Below are positions 35,692 to 48,396 of a DNA stretch of 64,000 bases, in pieces. Location: assembly GCF_036321535.1 (NCBI RefSeq), contig NC_087460.1:5022001-5086000 (forward strand), given 5' to 3'. The notes under the pieces are model-generated. The model was given only the letters and a program-made list of their open reading frames with translations. It ran no database searches and was not told where the DNA came from. Each line of letters begins with the position of its first letter. Positions within the stretch are counted from its first letter, which is position 1. The position numbers and the translations under genes were made by a program. The stretch is from Camelus dromedarius (Eukaryota).

Positions 35692-38600
35692 ATGGTGAGG
35701 TAAGGGCCTGGGATCCACCATAGGCAAGAGGCAAGGTGCCCCAGGGCCCAGGGGACCTCCCCTCACTGCCTTCCCGGCCCCCCAGGTGGTTCCACCGAGA
35801 CCTCAGTGGGCTGGATGCCGAGACCCTGCTCAAGGGCCGCGGGGTCCACGGGAGCTTCCTGGCTCGGCCCAGTCGCAAGAACCAGGGCGACTTCTCCCTG
35901 TCCGTCAGGTAGGTGGGCCTCAGCTCCAGCGGGAGCCAGGACTTGGCAGCCCCTTCTGGTTCCCCAGGCCCTGTATGTGTCCGCCCATCCCTGCCTGCGC
36001 TCCACGCTCACTCGGGACCCCTGCCCATCCCCCACCCTGGCCCCACCTCGGCTCTCGCACCCACTGGCCTCCCTGCTTGACGCCCTGCAGGGTGGGGGAT
36101 CAGGTGACCCACATTCGGATCCAGAACTCGGGGGATTTCTACGACCTGTATGGAGGGGAGAAGTTTGCGACGCTGACGGAGCTGGTGGAGTACTACACGC
36201 AGCAGCAGGGCGTCTTGCAGGACCGCGACGGCACCATCATCCACCTCAAATACCCGCTGAACTGCTCGGACCCCACCAGCGAGAGGTGAGGGGCTGTGCA
36301 CCCTGGCCGGCCACCCGTCGAGGGGGCCTGGACTCGACCCTGCTGCCCCTGCCTCCCCATCTCTGCTCCTTCTCGGGGCTCAGCGGGCCTCCTTCTTCTC
36401 TGTGATCCTGGGGCCCATCAACCCCTGAGGAACAGAAGGTCATCTCGCCTTTCTGCAGGGTCCCTGTCGGCCGGCAGCCCAGGCCCTACTAGTGACAGGG
36501 CCACTCCTCGTGGCCACGTTTCCTAGCAGGCCAGCTCTGTTGTTAGAAAGCTCTTCTTCCTCCCATGGACCAGAATCTCCCTTCCTGTGACTGTTCCCTT
36601 CCCCAATACCGGTTAAGAGAGTGAGAGGCTGGTGTTGAGGAGGAACATAGGGATACTTAGTGCCTGTGCTCAGCAACCCTGTGGGGGTGGGTCTGCCCTC
36701 TGGGGCTGAGTAGAGCTGGACCAGTCCCTTGACCAGAACACAGACCATTGAAAACTGTATGATAGGGTCACATGTGTAAGGGGCCTAGAACCTGGATGCA
36801 GGGTAACACTCATTTCCCTACCATCTTTTTAGCTCCAAAGATAAGGTCCCCAGGATCGGGCTAGCTACTTCCCATGTGGTCTCCCCTGTGCACAGGCCGG
36901 GGGTGGGCACATACTCAGCCTTACACCGAGGCTCATTTTAGCAGCCCCTATAAAGGGGGAAGGTGAATAACTTTTTTTTTCCGCACACTTCTGGGGCCAA
37001 ACCAACTTGCCCTTGTCCGCTAGTTGTGTATTGCTTGTTGAAAGGATTCCGAACCTTGATTCTGTCAGTTTTCAATCTTTCTGAGATGCATGCCTCCCAA
37101 CTTGCATCAATACTTTCATTCAAGTCACTGATAGAAACTTAGAACTGGATGACGGCTGAATGAAGGCTAAGAGGCCCACCCCTGGAGACATCTTTCCAGT
37201 GGACATGAAGCCTCCTCTTCTAGGAGGGAAGCCATATTGATGACCTTGCTGGTGGCTGTACTTCCTTGGTGTCTGACCCCTCTGGCCCCTTTCCTGCAGC
37301 CCCCCTGCAACATTCACAGGGATTTCCCACCCAGACCCTCTTAAACTCCTCGTGGCCTTGCCTCCTCCTTGTCCACAGTCAGGATCTGCTCTGCTGGCTG
37401 CTGGAGGAGGATGGGTTACCTGAGACCCCGTACAGGAGGAGCAGGTTGTGGATGGAGCTGGAAGAGGCTTGAGCTGAGCAGACCCCCTGGGGAAGAGCCT
37501 GAGGCCTGTGCTCTGACTGGGGCTGGGAGAGGTCAAGGACAGAGGGAATGCAGACTAGGGAAGTGACAGTGACTCCAAGAGGCCCTTTGGGTTACCCACG
37601 CCAGGAGGCCAGGGCTCACCCCTGACCCTAGGAGTGTGTGGGGAAGGCTCTTTCTCCAAACCTCCACTTGTATTCTTGGCCTTGGCAGTGGGCCCTTCTC
37701 CTCTGCAGGAATTTGCATTTGTCCTCTCAATGGCTAGCTCTCTGCCTGTGGTCAGCCTGACATTTGCATGGAGACTTCCTCATCCTGGGGCCTGGGGGAA
37801 GAGGGTTAGCCCCCTCCCCATTGCCCAAGGCAGGGGGAGCCTTGGCCTACCCCTGGGTAGTGGGATGGGGTGGCTCGGAGGGGGGCTCCTGGACAGGGTG
37901 GGAGACCCTGGAGGTCTCTGAGCTGCAGTCTCCTCTGGGCAGGAGTGAGTTGGGGCGGGACAGACTGGCCCCCTCCCTCCTTCCCCCCATTCCTGCGGTT
38001 GGAAAATGCCCCCCTTCCCCTGGTCCTTGGGCTGAGGAAACCTCTCAACCTCACTTCTCACTCTCTCCCCAGAAGGAGTTTTGTGTTTTTTCCATCACGT
38101 GGTTTCCTGTGGGGCTGGGCATTGTGGGGCTACAGTTTCCTCCTGGGAAGGGGGTGTGCTTTGGGGAAAGGTCCTAGTTCTGCTTTCTGCCCATCTGAGC
38201 CCCACTGAGCCCCTCTGAGCCCCAGCGTCCCCTTGAGTGACATCATCCTGGGCACCCCAGAGCCCCTACACCACTCTTTACCCAGAGGGGGGTTGTCTGC
38301 CTTCTCTGCCCCCCGGGGGGACTTCTCCCCATTGCGCCTCCCTTGTGACTTCCGTCTCTCCATCCCCATCACTCTCTGTGGTTTGGCCTCTGTCTGCGTT
38401 TCTCTTTCCCTAGCCCAGCCCTGTCTTTCATGGAGACCCTTCCTGGGTTTCTGCCCTCCAAATATTCTGGATCTGGCCCACCTTTCTACCTTTGTCTTAA
38501 ACTTTCAGAGGTGGACCAGGTTAGAACTCCTGAGCTTTGCCTCATATCAACAAGGGCTTTGGGTTAATGTGCAATCACCCAGCCTCAGTTTCTTCATCTG

Positions 38601-41600
38601 CAAAATGGGTAGTACCTACCTCTCAGCATTTTTGTGAGAGTCATGGGCCGACATACGGTGGTGGATTTGGAAACATCTAGCATGGGGCCTGCACATGGCG
38701 GGGACCGGATTTCCTTGCCCTCTCTGTTAACGTCTGCCCAGTGCCTGCCCCTGGCCTAGATCTCACCTTCTGGATGCTGCCTTCTCTAGGTGGTACCATG
38801 GCCACATGTCTGGGGGGCAGGCAGAGACACTGCTGCAGGCCAAGGGTGAGCCCTGGACATTCCTCGTGCGTGAGAGCCTCAGCCAGCCTGGAGATTTTGT
38901 GCTGTCTGTGCTCAGCGACCAGCCCAAGGCTGGCCCCGGCTCCCCACTCAGAGTCACCCACATCAAGGTCATGTGTGAGGTAAGGCATCCAGGCAGTGTG
39001 GAGGTCCTGTTGGGAGCCTCTGTGCCCACAGCATGGGCCGTGGGGAGGGTCAGCCTGGGCTTCGGTGGGAGGCTGAGGGTCCAGGGAGGGCAATTTGGGT
39101 CCTGAGAGGTGGCCTGACTTGACCCCACTCAGGGTGGCCGCTACACGGTGGGTGGTTCAGAGACTTTTGACAGCCTCACGGACCTGGTGGAGCATTTCAA
39201 GAAGACGGGGATTGAGGAGGCCTCGGGCGCCTTCGTCTACCTGCGGCAGGTGAGGGGTGGGCCTGGCTGCCGCCTTCGTTCCCCGAAAGGAGACGTGTGA
39301 GCTTCTGAGACCAGAAAGCAGCTGACTTCTCACCCTCCCATGCCCCAGCCATACTACGCCACGAGGGTGAATGCGGCTGACATTGAGAATCGGGTGTTGG
39401 AACTGAACAAGAAGCAGGAGTCAGAGGACACAGCGAAGGCCGGCTTCTGGGAGGAGTTTGAGGTGCGGGATGGGGACCCACAGGACACAGTGGGTGGGGC
39501 CCGGAGCAGACCCTGTCCCCTCTCTCCCCACCCCTCACACTGATCTGCCCAAGTCCTCTCCCCCTGTAGTCACCCCTCTGCAGGGGCTGGTGCTCCATTT
39601 CCCCCTCTCACCCCTCAGAGTCTGCAGAAGCAGGAGGTGAAGAACTTGCACCAGCGGCTAGAAGGGCAGCGACCGGAAAACAAGAGCAAGAACCGATACA
39701 AGAACATCCTTCCATGTGAGTGCCTTCCCCGGGGCAGCCTCCAGCCCTCCCCCACCAAGCAGCGTCCATTCACCCAGGAGACCCCCTTCCCCCAGCCGAC
39801 CTCTCCCATCTCATAAGGTCTCTAACCTCAGCTCAAGGAGGGACCCACTCCCCACCCCAACAGAACCTCCCCTCCTCCAAAAAGCCTCTGCTCCCAATGA
39901 AGCCTCCTGCATCCCACCCCAACCCCATACAGATGCCCCACCCCTGCCGGCCCACCTGCTCTGAGAGCGCAAGGCATCTGGGCAGGAATTGCCTGGGAGC
40001 TCAGGAAGGGTTTGACCCAGGCCCTTCTCTCGTCCTCTCTGCCCACCCCCAGTCGACCACAGCCGAGTGATCCTGCAGGGACGCAACAGTAATATCCCTG
40101 GGTCTGACTACATCAATGCCAACTACGTCAAGGTCTGGTGTGCCCGCCGGTCACTTGGGAGGGAGGCTGAGCTCCTGGACCCCACTCATAGGGGTGCTGG
40201 GCCCAGAGACATGTGGACAAAACTCATGCTGGCACCTTGGGTGGGGGTGAGGGTGGCGGGAGTGCAAGAGGCCCACAGTCCTGTGTGTCCCTGTCCTCGC
40301 ACCCAGAACCAGCTGCTAGGCCCCGATGAGAACGCTAAGACCTACATCGCCAGCCAGGGCTGCCTGGAGGCCACGGTCAACGACTTCTGGCAGATGGTCT
40401 GGCAGGAGAACACCCGCGTCATCGTCATGACCACCCGGGAGGTGGAGAAGGGCCGGGTAAGCCGAGCCCCACGCCGCCCCACCCCTAGCACTGCTTGGCC
40501 ACTGCCATTAAGCCAAAGAAACTTGGGGCACCTCAGAGGGCAAGGGTCCTATCTTATTGGGAAACTGGAGAATCAGGTCTGGGTACACGCTGACTTCTGG
40601 ATCCCTGATTCCCACCTTGGGCTCACCTGACCACCAGGCCCAGGTGTCCAGTGGCTTCTCTCCTTAAAGTGTCCCCCTGCCCTGCCCCCACCCGTGCCCC
40701 TCCAGGCAGCAGCCCCTCCTGTCCCTGGGGCCTCATAAATCTCTCTGAAGTCAGCTCCTCCTCCTCCCCCACCGCCCAGCTATCACTTTGCCAGCAGGCT
40801 GCCCCCTCTGAAAACCCTTCAGTGTCTCCCACACTCCCAGACCCAGCACTATGGCCTGGTGGCTGCCCTCCAGCCCTCGCCGCCTCCAACCAGCCAGGCC
40901 CCTTCAGGTTTCCGTACCTCTGCCCGAGCTCATTTCTGCTAGGAGATGACTTCCTCTCCCTGCACTATCTCTGCCTGGCAGACTCCTCATTTTCCAAGAC
41001 CCAGCTCAGATGCTCCCTCCTCTGTGAAGCCACTCCTGATTTCTTCCATTGCCTTGAGGGAGAGTTAGTCTCTCCCTCCACAAGGCTCCTCAGTGGCTCT
41101 GGTTCCCTGCTCCCCTGTCTTTCTCTGTGCTCCTGGCGGCACAGGTGCACCGGCGGCACCTTGTTGGTATTTGTGACTCCAGCCTGCTTCTCTTCAGGTG
41201 CAGGTCTTGCTGCCTGTAGCAGGCTGAGCCCAGGCTAGCTCCTAAGCCAGTTCACCCATTCATCCATCAGATGCTGACGGGGCCTGCACCAGGGGCGCAG
41301 GTCCTGCTTCGGTGCCTCAGTCCCCACCTCCACCCTCCCTTTTCAGAACAAATGTGTCCCATACTGGCCAGAGGTGGGCTCTCAGGGTGTTTATGGACCC
41401 TATGCTGTAACCAACTGTGGGGAACACGACACAGCTGAGTACAAACTCCGCACCTTACAGGTCTCCCCGCTGGACAATGTGAGTGGCCCCCACCCCTGCC
41501 CCTGGCCCAGGGCCCTCCTTACACCTCTTCTCTTCGGTTTGGTAGAATGAGGTCATGTATGGGAGCAGGGGATACTAACCCTACGTACTTGGCCCAGGGG

Positions 41601-44600
41601 GACCTGGTTCGGGAGATCTGGCACTACCAGTATCTGAGCTGGCCTGACCATGGGGTCCCCAGCGAGCCTGGGGGTGTCCTCAGCTTCTTGGACCAGATCA
41701 ACCAGCGGCAGGAAAGTCTGCCTCACGCAGGACCCATCATTGTGCACTGCAGGTGAGAATAATAATAATAATGACATTAGTAATAATAATCTAAGTAGTA
41801 GCTGGCAAGTGAATACGGCTCAGTAAGTGCCATGCCCTATTGTAATTCACATTACAGAAAACTGCAAACAAGTGTGAAATTCACATACTTAATACCTCCC
41901 CTGGCCCCCACCTCTTCTGGGTTCCTTGATGGCTCCGACCCACGGGTGGAGCTTAGCTTGAACCGAGCCCACTGTGATCCTGTGTCTGGGGGTAGCTTCT
42001 CAGACTTCCCTGGATGTACCATCTAGTCCACCCCTGCCAAATACAGACTCGGAAATGGGCCCAGCCTCTTGCCAGGTCACTGCTGGTCGGTGGGGGAGCC
42101 TGGACGGTAGACCCAGATCCTGCTCACTCCTGTTTTCTCACACATGCCTACCCAGCTGGGGTTTCCTCTTGGGGTTGGTGTGGCTCCCCATTTGTTCTCT
42201 TCTCCACCTGTAGCCCTGGGCGGGAGGCTGAGGCTTCCTCACTGCTGCTCCGTGTCTCTCTTCCCGCCAGTGCCCCCAGCTCGGCCCCAGGGTTGCGCAG
42301 GGAGGGGGGATGTATCAGGAGGGGCACAAGCATCACTAGCTCCACTGGGGACCCTCGCGTTCATGACCAGGAGACCCTGTTCCTGTTAGAGTGGGGAGTT
42401 GAGGGGCCAGCAGGGAGAAGCAGGGATCCCATCAGGCCTGAGGGTAAGAGTCCCACAGATGGGGCTGCCCAGCTCGGTCTGGCCTGGGTGGGTGGGAGAC
42501 AGCGGGCACAGGGTCCTGGACAGAGACTGCCTTTTTAAATACCAGCTCCTCCACTCACTGGCTGTGTGATCTTGGACAAATTACTTCGCTTCTCTGACTC
42601 TCATATTCCTCATCTGTAAAATCAGGATCTCCTAGGATTGCTGTGAAGATTAGATTAGGTGAGACCCCCCTCACTGGGTCTGGCACACAGTAAACCCTTG
42701 AGAAGGGAGCTGTTAGTGCTTGACTATCTCACTGCAGGTGGGGAACGGGAAATGGGAATCTGCCTGGTCCTTTTCCCTTCCAGCTCTCTCCGTGTGACTC
42801 CAGGCAGTGAGGGCTGGGACTTCCTCCTTCTTTCCACTGTGTGTCCTGGGGCAGGGCTGTGTGGGCTGAGTCTGGTGGTGCCCCCACATGCTGTCTCAGG
42901 GACTCTGCCTCCTGGGGCAGGCCCATTGCCAAGAACCATCCTGTTGCCCGTGCCCCCCCCCCCACCCCATTTCTTGAAATCCCCATGGCCTTTATTTAGA
43001 CATTACAGGAAGGAAGTGGGTGAGGGGGGTTATTTTTGACAATCTGGGTTTGAAATTAGACAGTGCGACTCAGGGCATTGGCCTGACAGGCCCAGCCGCC
43101 GATGGGGTGGGACTGGGTTCTATGTGGGGTCCTGAGGCTCCTGGGGTCTGCTTGCCCAAGGGTGGCGGCAGAAAGTGGGGAGAAGGGAGACTTCCTACTG
43201 CACTGCTCCCCCAAGTTTCCTGAGCCCAGTGGCCCCGTGCACTGCTGTCTCTGGGTTGCCCTTGCACGCCCGCCGTCAGGGTCTGAAGAAAAAGGGAAAC
43301 GGAGCCTTGCAGAAGAGACCTCTCAATTCCGGGAGGGAAGCCTCGCTCAGGCTGGGGAGGCCCAGAGTGCCTGGGGAGCAGGCCAGACAGAGGTGGGACG
43401 GGGTCCTGGATCTCCCGGTTGGGGAGCAGAGGAGGTGTGGAAGCAGGCAGTAGTGGGGGAGCTGGGTGCTGGGAAGGAGGAAAGTGATGGGTGTTTGGGG
43501 GGCAGTGTCTAAGCACTTGAGAGGCAGGCCCTCCCCCCCCCCCCCCCAGATCCCTTGGCTGATGTGACCTGCAGAGTTGGGCAAACTTCTGCCCTGCTTG
43601 CCTGCCCAGTGACCTGGTTCCTGCATCTCATCTCACTGCAGCCTCGGTTCCTTAAGCCCCGCCCTGGTTGGCACTGAGCACTGGGCTCCCCCTTACCTTC
43701 CCACGAGGTGGAGGTGCGGGCGAGGCCTCTGACGGCGGTGCCCCTTCTCTCCCCAGCGCCGGCATCGGACGCACAGGCACCATCATCGTCATCGACATGC
43801 TTATGGAGAGCATCTCCACCAAAGGTGAGGGTGACCTCTGGGGGACGCAGGGGCGGGTGGGTGAGCAGCCCTGCCACCGTGTCCACCTATGCCGGGGCCT
43901 GACATCCTGCTGCCACCTCCGCCAGGCCTGGACTGTGACATTGACATCCAGAAGACGATCCAGATGGTGCGGGCCCAGCGCTCAGGCATGGTGCAGACGG
44001 AGGCGCAGTACAAGTTCATCTACGTGGCCATCGCCCAGTTCATTGAAACCACCAAGAAGAAGCTGGAAGTCATGCAGGTGCGGGCAGAGCAGGGCCTTAC
44101 AGGGCCGCGGTGGGCAGTGGGCATTGCCTGGTGCCGCTGGGACCACCACCCTCCCACCACACCTCTTCCCACAGTCCCAGAAGGGCCGGGAGTCAGAGTA
44201 TGGGAACATCACCTACCCTCTAGCTATGAAGAATGCCCACGCCACGGCCTCCCGCACCTCCTCCAAGTGAGTGGCCCCTGCCTGCCGCCTCCCACAGCTG
44301 CTCCTTCCTCGCCTCCAGCCCGACCCGTCCTTTCCAGGGAGGTTGGGGTTCGAATTCAAGCTTGGTTCTTCCAACCTGTGTTCACAAGTGAGCGCCCTCC
44401 TGGTGGGGCCTGTGCCAGGGACTGGCAGTACACTGACACGTGAGATGGAACTCCTGCCTCTAGGGGCTTCTAGTCTAGTGTCAGGACAGTCTAGTGTCGC
44501 TTTCCTGGCCTCAGTTTGCCCACCTGTGAGATGGCGTGGCCCCAGGGGCTGCTGGTGCTGATTGATCCGCCCTGTGTCCTGACTGCCACCCTCATCCACC

Positions 44601-44725
44601 CCACCCGCAGACACAAGGAGGACGTGTACGAGAACCTTCAGAGTAAGAACAAGAAGGAGGAGAAGGTGAAGAAGCAGAGGTCAGCAGACAAGGAGAAGAG
44701 CAAGGGCTCCCTGAAGAGGAAGTGA
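35692..44725 (+). CDS. PTPN6: Tyrosine-protein phosphatase non-receptor type 6 (SHP-1), P2 isoform MVR-, 595 aa
   Basis: Exons 35692-35699, 35786-35908, 36091-36285, 38790-38979, 39133-39249, 39349-39462, 39619-39715, 40053-40132, 40307-40456, 41347-41478, 41598-41752, 43757-43824, 43926-44077, 44175-44266, 44611-44725 total 1788 nt; two SH2 domains, [24 protein letters not shown] motifs, KGSLKRK* end. Confidence 0.98.
38555..38700 (+). mobile_element. MIR SINE fragment
   Basis: cagcctcagtttcttcatctgcaaaatgggtagtacctacctctcag; approximate. Confidence 0.65.
42535..42700 (+). mobile_element. MIR SINE fragment
   Basis: ggctgtgtgatcttggacaaattactt...ttcctcatctgtaaaatc...ggattgctgtgaagatta; approximate. 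Confidence 0.65.
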
Positions 44726-44751
44726 GCCGGGCGCGTCCAGGGGCGGCCGAG

Positions 44752-44915
44752 GTACCGCTCCTCCCTGGCCGGCCCGCGGGGCCCCCTGCCTCCAGTGCCC
44801 TCCCCTGGATGGATGGGGTGGCTGCAGCCTCACCCTGCCTTCCTGCCCAGACCTGCATTGTGTCCCCTTCTGGGTCCCAGTCACCCCCTTGTTCCTTCCT
44901 CCCCTCTCTCTGCAG
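44752..44915 (+). other. PTPN6: Probable PTPN6 3' UTR intron
   Basis: GAG|GTACCG donor 26 nt after the stop; pyrimidine tract and TGCAG| acceptor at 44915. Confidence 0.65.
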
Positions 44916-45086
44916 CCGCAGCCCATCCATCCCTGCAGAGGCCTCCAGTGGACGACCCACAGCCTGGACCTCAGTGCCTGCCCCCATTCTATTGTAATTT
45001 AAATGGCCGTGTCCCCACCTCCCTCTCCCAGACCCTGTACATAGCTCAGCAGGGCCCCGGCGGGGCCTGGCCCTTCTTCTGCTGTA

Positions 45087-45092
45087 AATAAA
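45087..45092 (+). terminator. PTPN6 poly(A) signal AATAAA
   Basis: AATAAA followed by GT-rich tgtgtgtggg. Confidence 0.8.
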
Positions 45093-45516
45093 GCCCCTAG
45101 GATCACCGTGTGTGTGGGTCTCTAACTCCGTGCGCTTGGGTGGGAGGGGAGGCAGGCAGGGGAGGCCGTGTTTGGGCACAGCTAGGCCTTCTCGCCTGAC
45201 AGAACTGGTTCTGGCCTCTGCTTGATAAACGAGGACTGTGAGCATGGGGCGGCTTCCGCAGTCTCCGTCTCTTCCCTTTAAAGTGGAGGATGATCTGGAA
45301 AGGGCAGTTGTGAAGATCTTTGAGATCAGGGATGTTGAACACAACTGGCAGCAGTAATTCCTTACGCACTTGCTCTGTGGTGGGCGCTATTTAAAAAGAC
45401 TGCAGCATTAATTCAACCGAGGTACCGCATCATTCCTATTCTACACTGAGAGAAATTGAGGCTCAGATAGATTAAATAACTTGCTTAAGGTCACAGGACT
45501 CATTTTTTAGAAAACC

Positions 45517-45640
45517 TTTTTTTTTTTTTGGAGGGGGAGGTAATTAGGCTTATTTATATAATTTAACAGAGGCACTGGGGATCGAGCCCAGGGCCTCGCG
45601 CTCACTAAGCACGCAGTCTACCGCTGAGCTGCCCCCACCC
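45517..45640 (-). mobile_element. tRNA-derived SINE, same family, more diverged
   Basis: poly(T)-ggagggggaggtaattaggcttatttat...ctggggatcgagcccagggcctc...ctaccgctgagctgcccc. Confidence 0.85.
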
Positions 45641-46398
45641 TCAAGGTCACGGGGCTCTTGAGCAGTGAAGCTAAGATTGTAACTCAGGCCTTCTGACCCC
45701 AGAGCCCGCATTCCTGGATCCGCAGCCGGGGATATCCCCGAGGGGAACACAACCACATTCTCAGGCCTGGCTTCTAGATCCAAGAGCTAAGAAGATGGAT
45801 AAAGGCCATGAGCATAGGCCTTGCTCCCTGAATCCCCTCCCTGCTGGGCACCAGGTGCTCACAGGAGCGCCCTGCTTTTCCCTTCCTGGGGCTGCTGCTA
45901 CAATTTTGCTCCTGGTCAATGTTTTATCTTTTCTCACTCTTCCTTCCCCTGTGTCCAGAGTGGACAACAAGCCATTCTTTCCTTGTGTTAAGGCTTTATG
46001 TCGATTTAAAACGCTTGTCTCCTGGGGAGGAGTCTGTGAGAGGCTCAGACTTAAAAAAAGACCAGCTCCCTGTTGCCTGCCTGGCTAAGCAGTGGGCGTC
46101 CTGAAGCCAGTAGGCTGGGCTGTCACTCAGCCTACTCTGTCTTTGTTGAGTGCCCCGCCGTGTCCCAGGCACTGGAGCGGTGCTGGGGCGTGATGGGGAA
46201 CCCGCCAGTGCCCATCATTGTGGAACTGAGGAGACTGGAGAGGAAGACAGCCAGAAACAGTCCACACAGAAGTACAGAGAGGAGTGAAGAAGGATGTAAA
46301 CTAAAGGGAGAGAGTGAGAGTGCAGAGCTGGGATTGGGCCACAGGACTGCTCAGCTCCCAGGAGCTCTTGCCCTCCAGGGGGTGGCTGGGTGGAGCGT

Positions 46399-47351
46399 CA
46401 CCTGTGGGCCTCAGGGCCCCTCTCCTGGCAACGCCCTTTCTATCCCAGCTTGAACTACACAAAAGAAAGGCAGGTCCCACCCCCTCTAACGGCCCTTGGG
46501 CTGACAGCCCGAGGCTGGGACCTAGACTCTCCAGGGCTGTGAGGTGGGTCCAGGAACAGCTCTGCCTGGCAGGGTGCTGGGTCCCTCTGGGGAGCAGAGT
46601 GTGGTCGGTCCTCCCCGCAGGACTGGATGAAGGCTGGGGGCCGAAGGAGGGCAACTCAGAACTTTGATTGGCCGGGTCAGTGCTGATGCTCCTGGCCAGC
46701 TTGGGGCTCTCAGCAGGGGTGGGCACCCCAACACTAAGGGTGAGGACAAGGAGGTGCCTGTGGGGACCCGCCTGCCCTCCACAGGCCCAGGATGTCCAGC
46801 ACAGGTGCCCTGGGTCAGGGCACAACTCAATCCCTGCTGAGCTGAGCCCTCTCTGACCTCAGGGTCTCTGGGCCTCCAGCTCTGGGCCTGGGCAGAGGCC
46901 TTAGGGGAAGAGGCTAGCTGGTAGCAGGAGTGGCTGTGGGGTGAGGCCAGGGAGGAAGGCAAAGGGGCCCAAAGACAGCCCCTCCCTCTGTCCCTCTGGT
47001 GACCAGGCTCCCAGGCCTGGGCCCTGGGGGCAGAGGAGGCAGGTAGGAGAGGGCGGCCAGGGTGGAGGGCCTGGTGAGGGGACCAGGCCTCAGAGGAGGC
47101 GCCTGTGGCTGGCGCTGGGAGGGAAGGGGTTAAGGCAGCAGGGGTGCAGCCTATGGCAGGAGGACACACCTGTGCGCAAGGGCGGCGGGCGGGGCCCAGG
47201 TGAGGAGTCTGCGCTTCCCGGCAGGGCAGGCGAGAAGGAAGAAGGAAGAGTGGAGGCCAGGGCGGCCTCTAGGTCTGGAATCCCGGGCCCTGACTCCCCT
47301 TCCTCTCCTCAGCCTTCACTCTCTGGGGGGCAGGCGGCCAAGTGACAGGTA
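46399..47351 (+). promoter_or_regulatory. miR-200c/141 promoter region with ZEB-type E-boxes and Z-boxes
   Basis: CACCTG 46399-46404 and 47167-47172; CAGGTG 46802-46807 and 47197-47202; CAGGTA 47040-47045 and 47346-47351; ZEB1/2 repression of this cluster is established. Confidence 0.65.
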
Positions 47352-47683
47352 AAGGCCCTGGGGAGAGTGGTCCTGGGGCTGAGCTAGGGACCGCCGAGGG
47401 GGCCGGGGTGGTGAACCAGGGCGTATGTGGTGGGGGACAGGCTGCGGGGGTTGGGGGAAGGGGCTTGGTGCAGAGAAGAGGTGGGCAGGGGGCTTCTGAC
47501 TAGGCCCCTGACTAGGCCCTCAGTGGATCAGCGACCCAGGGTGGGGCTGGTGGCAGCTATAGGGCTCACCCGGAAGTGTCCCTAGGGACGCGGTTGGTGG
47601 GGGATGGGAGCCAGCGTTCCGCAGCTCCGTCGGGAGCCTGGGCCTAGGATGGCCTGCCCTGGAGGAGGGCAGCGGGGTGGGGG

Positions 47684-47752
47684 CCCCCGTCTTACCCAGC
47701 AGTGTTTGGGTGCTGGTTGGGAGTCTCTAATACTGCCGGGTAATGATGGAGG
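47684..47752 (+). ncRNA. MIR200C: pre-miR-200c
   Basis: 5p CGTCTTACCCAGCAGTGTTTGG 47688-47709; 3p TAATACTGCCGGGTAATGATGGA 47728-47750 (seed AAUACU). Confidence 0.97.
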
Positions 47753-48090
47753 CCCCTATCCCTGTGTCAGCAACGTCCATGGTCTCAGGTCCCCAGTGCC
47801 TACCTGGCTGCGACCCCAACTCCGTAACCCCTACCCCAACCCTGGAAACCCCTTCATTTTGAGCAGAGGGTGTTGCAAAAGAGGTGGCTCTGAGGTTGGC
47901 TGGCTGCCCACTGAAGGGACACAATGGCCCCAGCCCCTCCCCCAACCCAGTGTGATTTGTCATCTGGAGGCTCCAGAACCCACAGCTGACCTTGAGCTTG
48001 GGATTGGCTCGTATCCTTTCAAGAGACCTCAGCTGGCCTGCGGTCAGGGTTCTCGAAGCAACTGGCCAGCTCCAGCCCGGATGTCTGTCG

Positions 48091-48180
48091 CCGGCTCTGG
48101 GTCCATCTTCCAGCACAGTGTTGGGTGGTCTAATCGGGAAGCTCCTAACACTGTCTGGTAAAGATGGCCTCCGGCCGGCG
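48091..48180 (+). ncRNA. MIR141: pre-miR-141
   Basis: 5p CATCTTCCAGCACAGTGTTGGG 48104-48125; 3p TAACACTGTCTGGTAAAGATGG 48146-48167 (seed AACACU). Confidence 0.97.
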
Positions 48181-48390
48181 CCCTCGGCAGTGACCTTCAG
48201 GGAGCCCCGAAGACCACGGACGCCTCCGGACCAGACATCTCTGACCTTTACCCCTGGGGGTGGTGGGGGGTGAGTCTTCAGGAAAGGGAAACAATGGGAG
48301 GAGACAAAATGGCTGCCCAGAGCCACAGCAGGACTTGGAAACATGTTTGTTTTCAGGCTCCTCCATCCTCTTCCTGCCTTGGGAAATGTG

Positions 48391-48396
48391 AATAAA
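48391..48396 (+). terminator. Candidate poly(A) signal of the pri-miR-200c/141 transcript
   Basis: First AATAAA I found after miR-141, about 225 nt downstream. Confidence 0.5.

Noticed and set aside
41758-41790. (AAT)n run just after the PTPN6 exon 11 donor
   Set aside because: Short ordinary microsatellite, probably an old repeat tail
44580-44670. Human SHP-1L-type alternative C-terminal frame (ADTRRTCTR...)
   Set aside because: The frame is visible over exon 15 but TGA at 44580-44582 closes it upstream, so the long isoform as I recall it from human is not encodable here
48104-48125. miR-141-5p differences from human as recalled (C at position 11, terminal G)
   Set aside because: Outside the seed on the passenger arm; hairpin preserved and the 3p arm is unchanged
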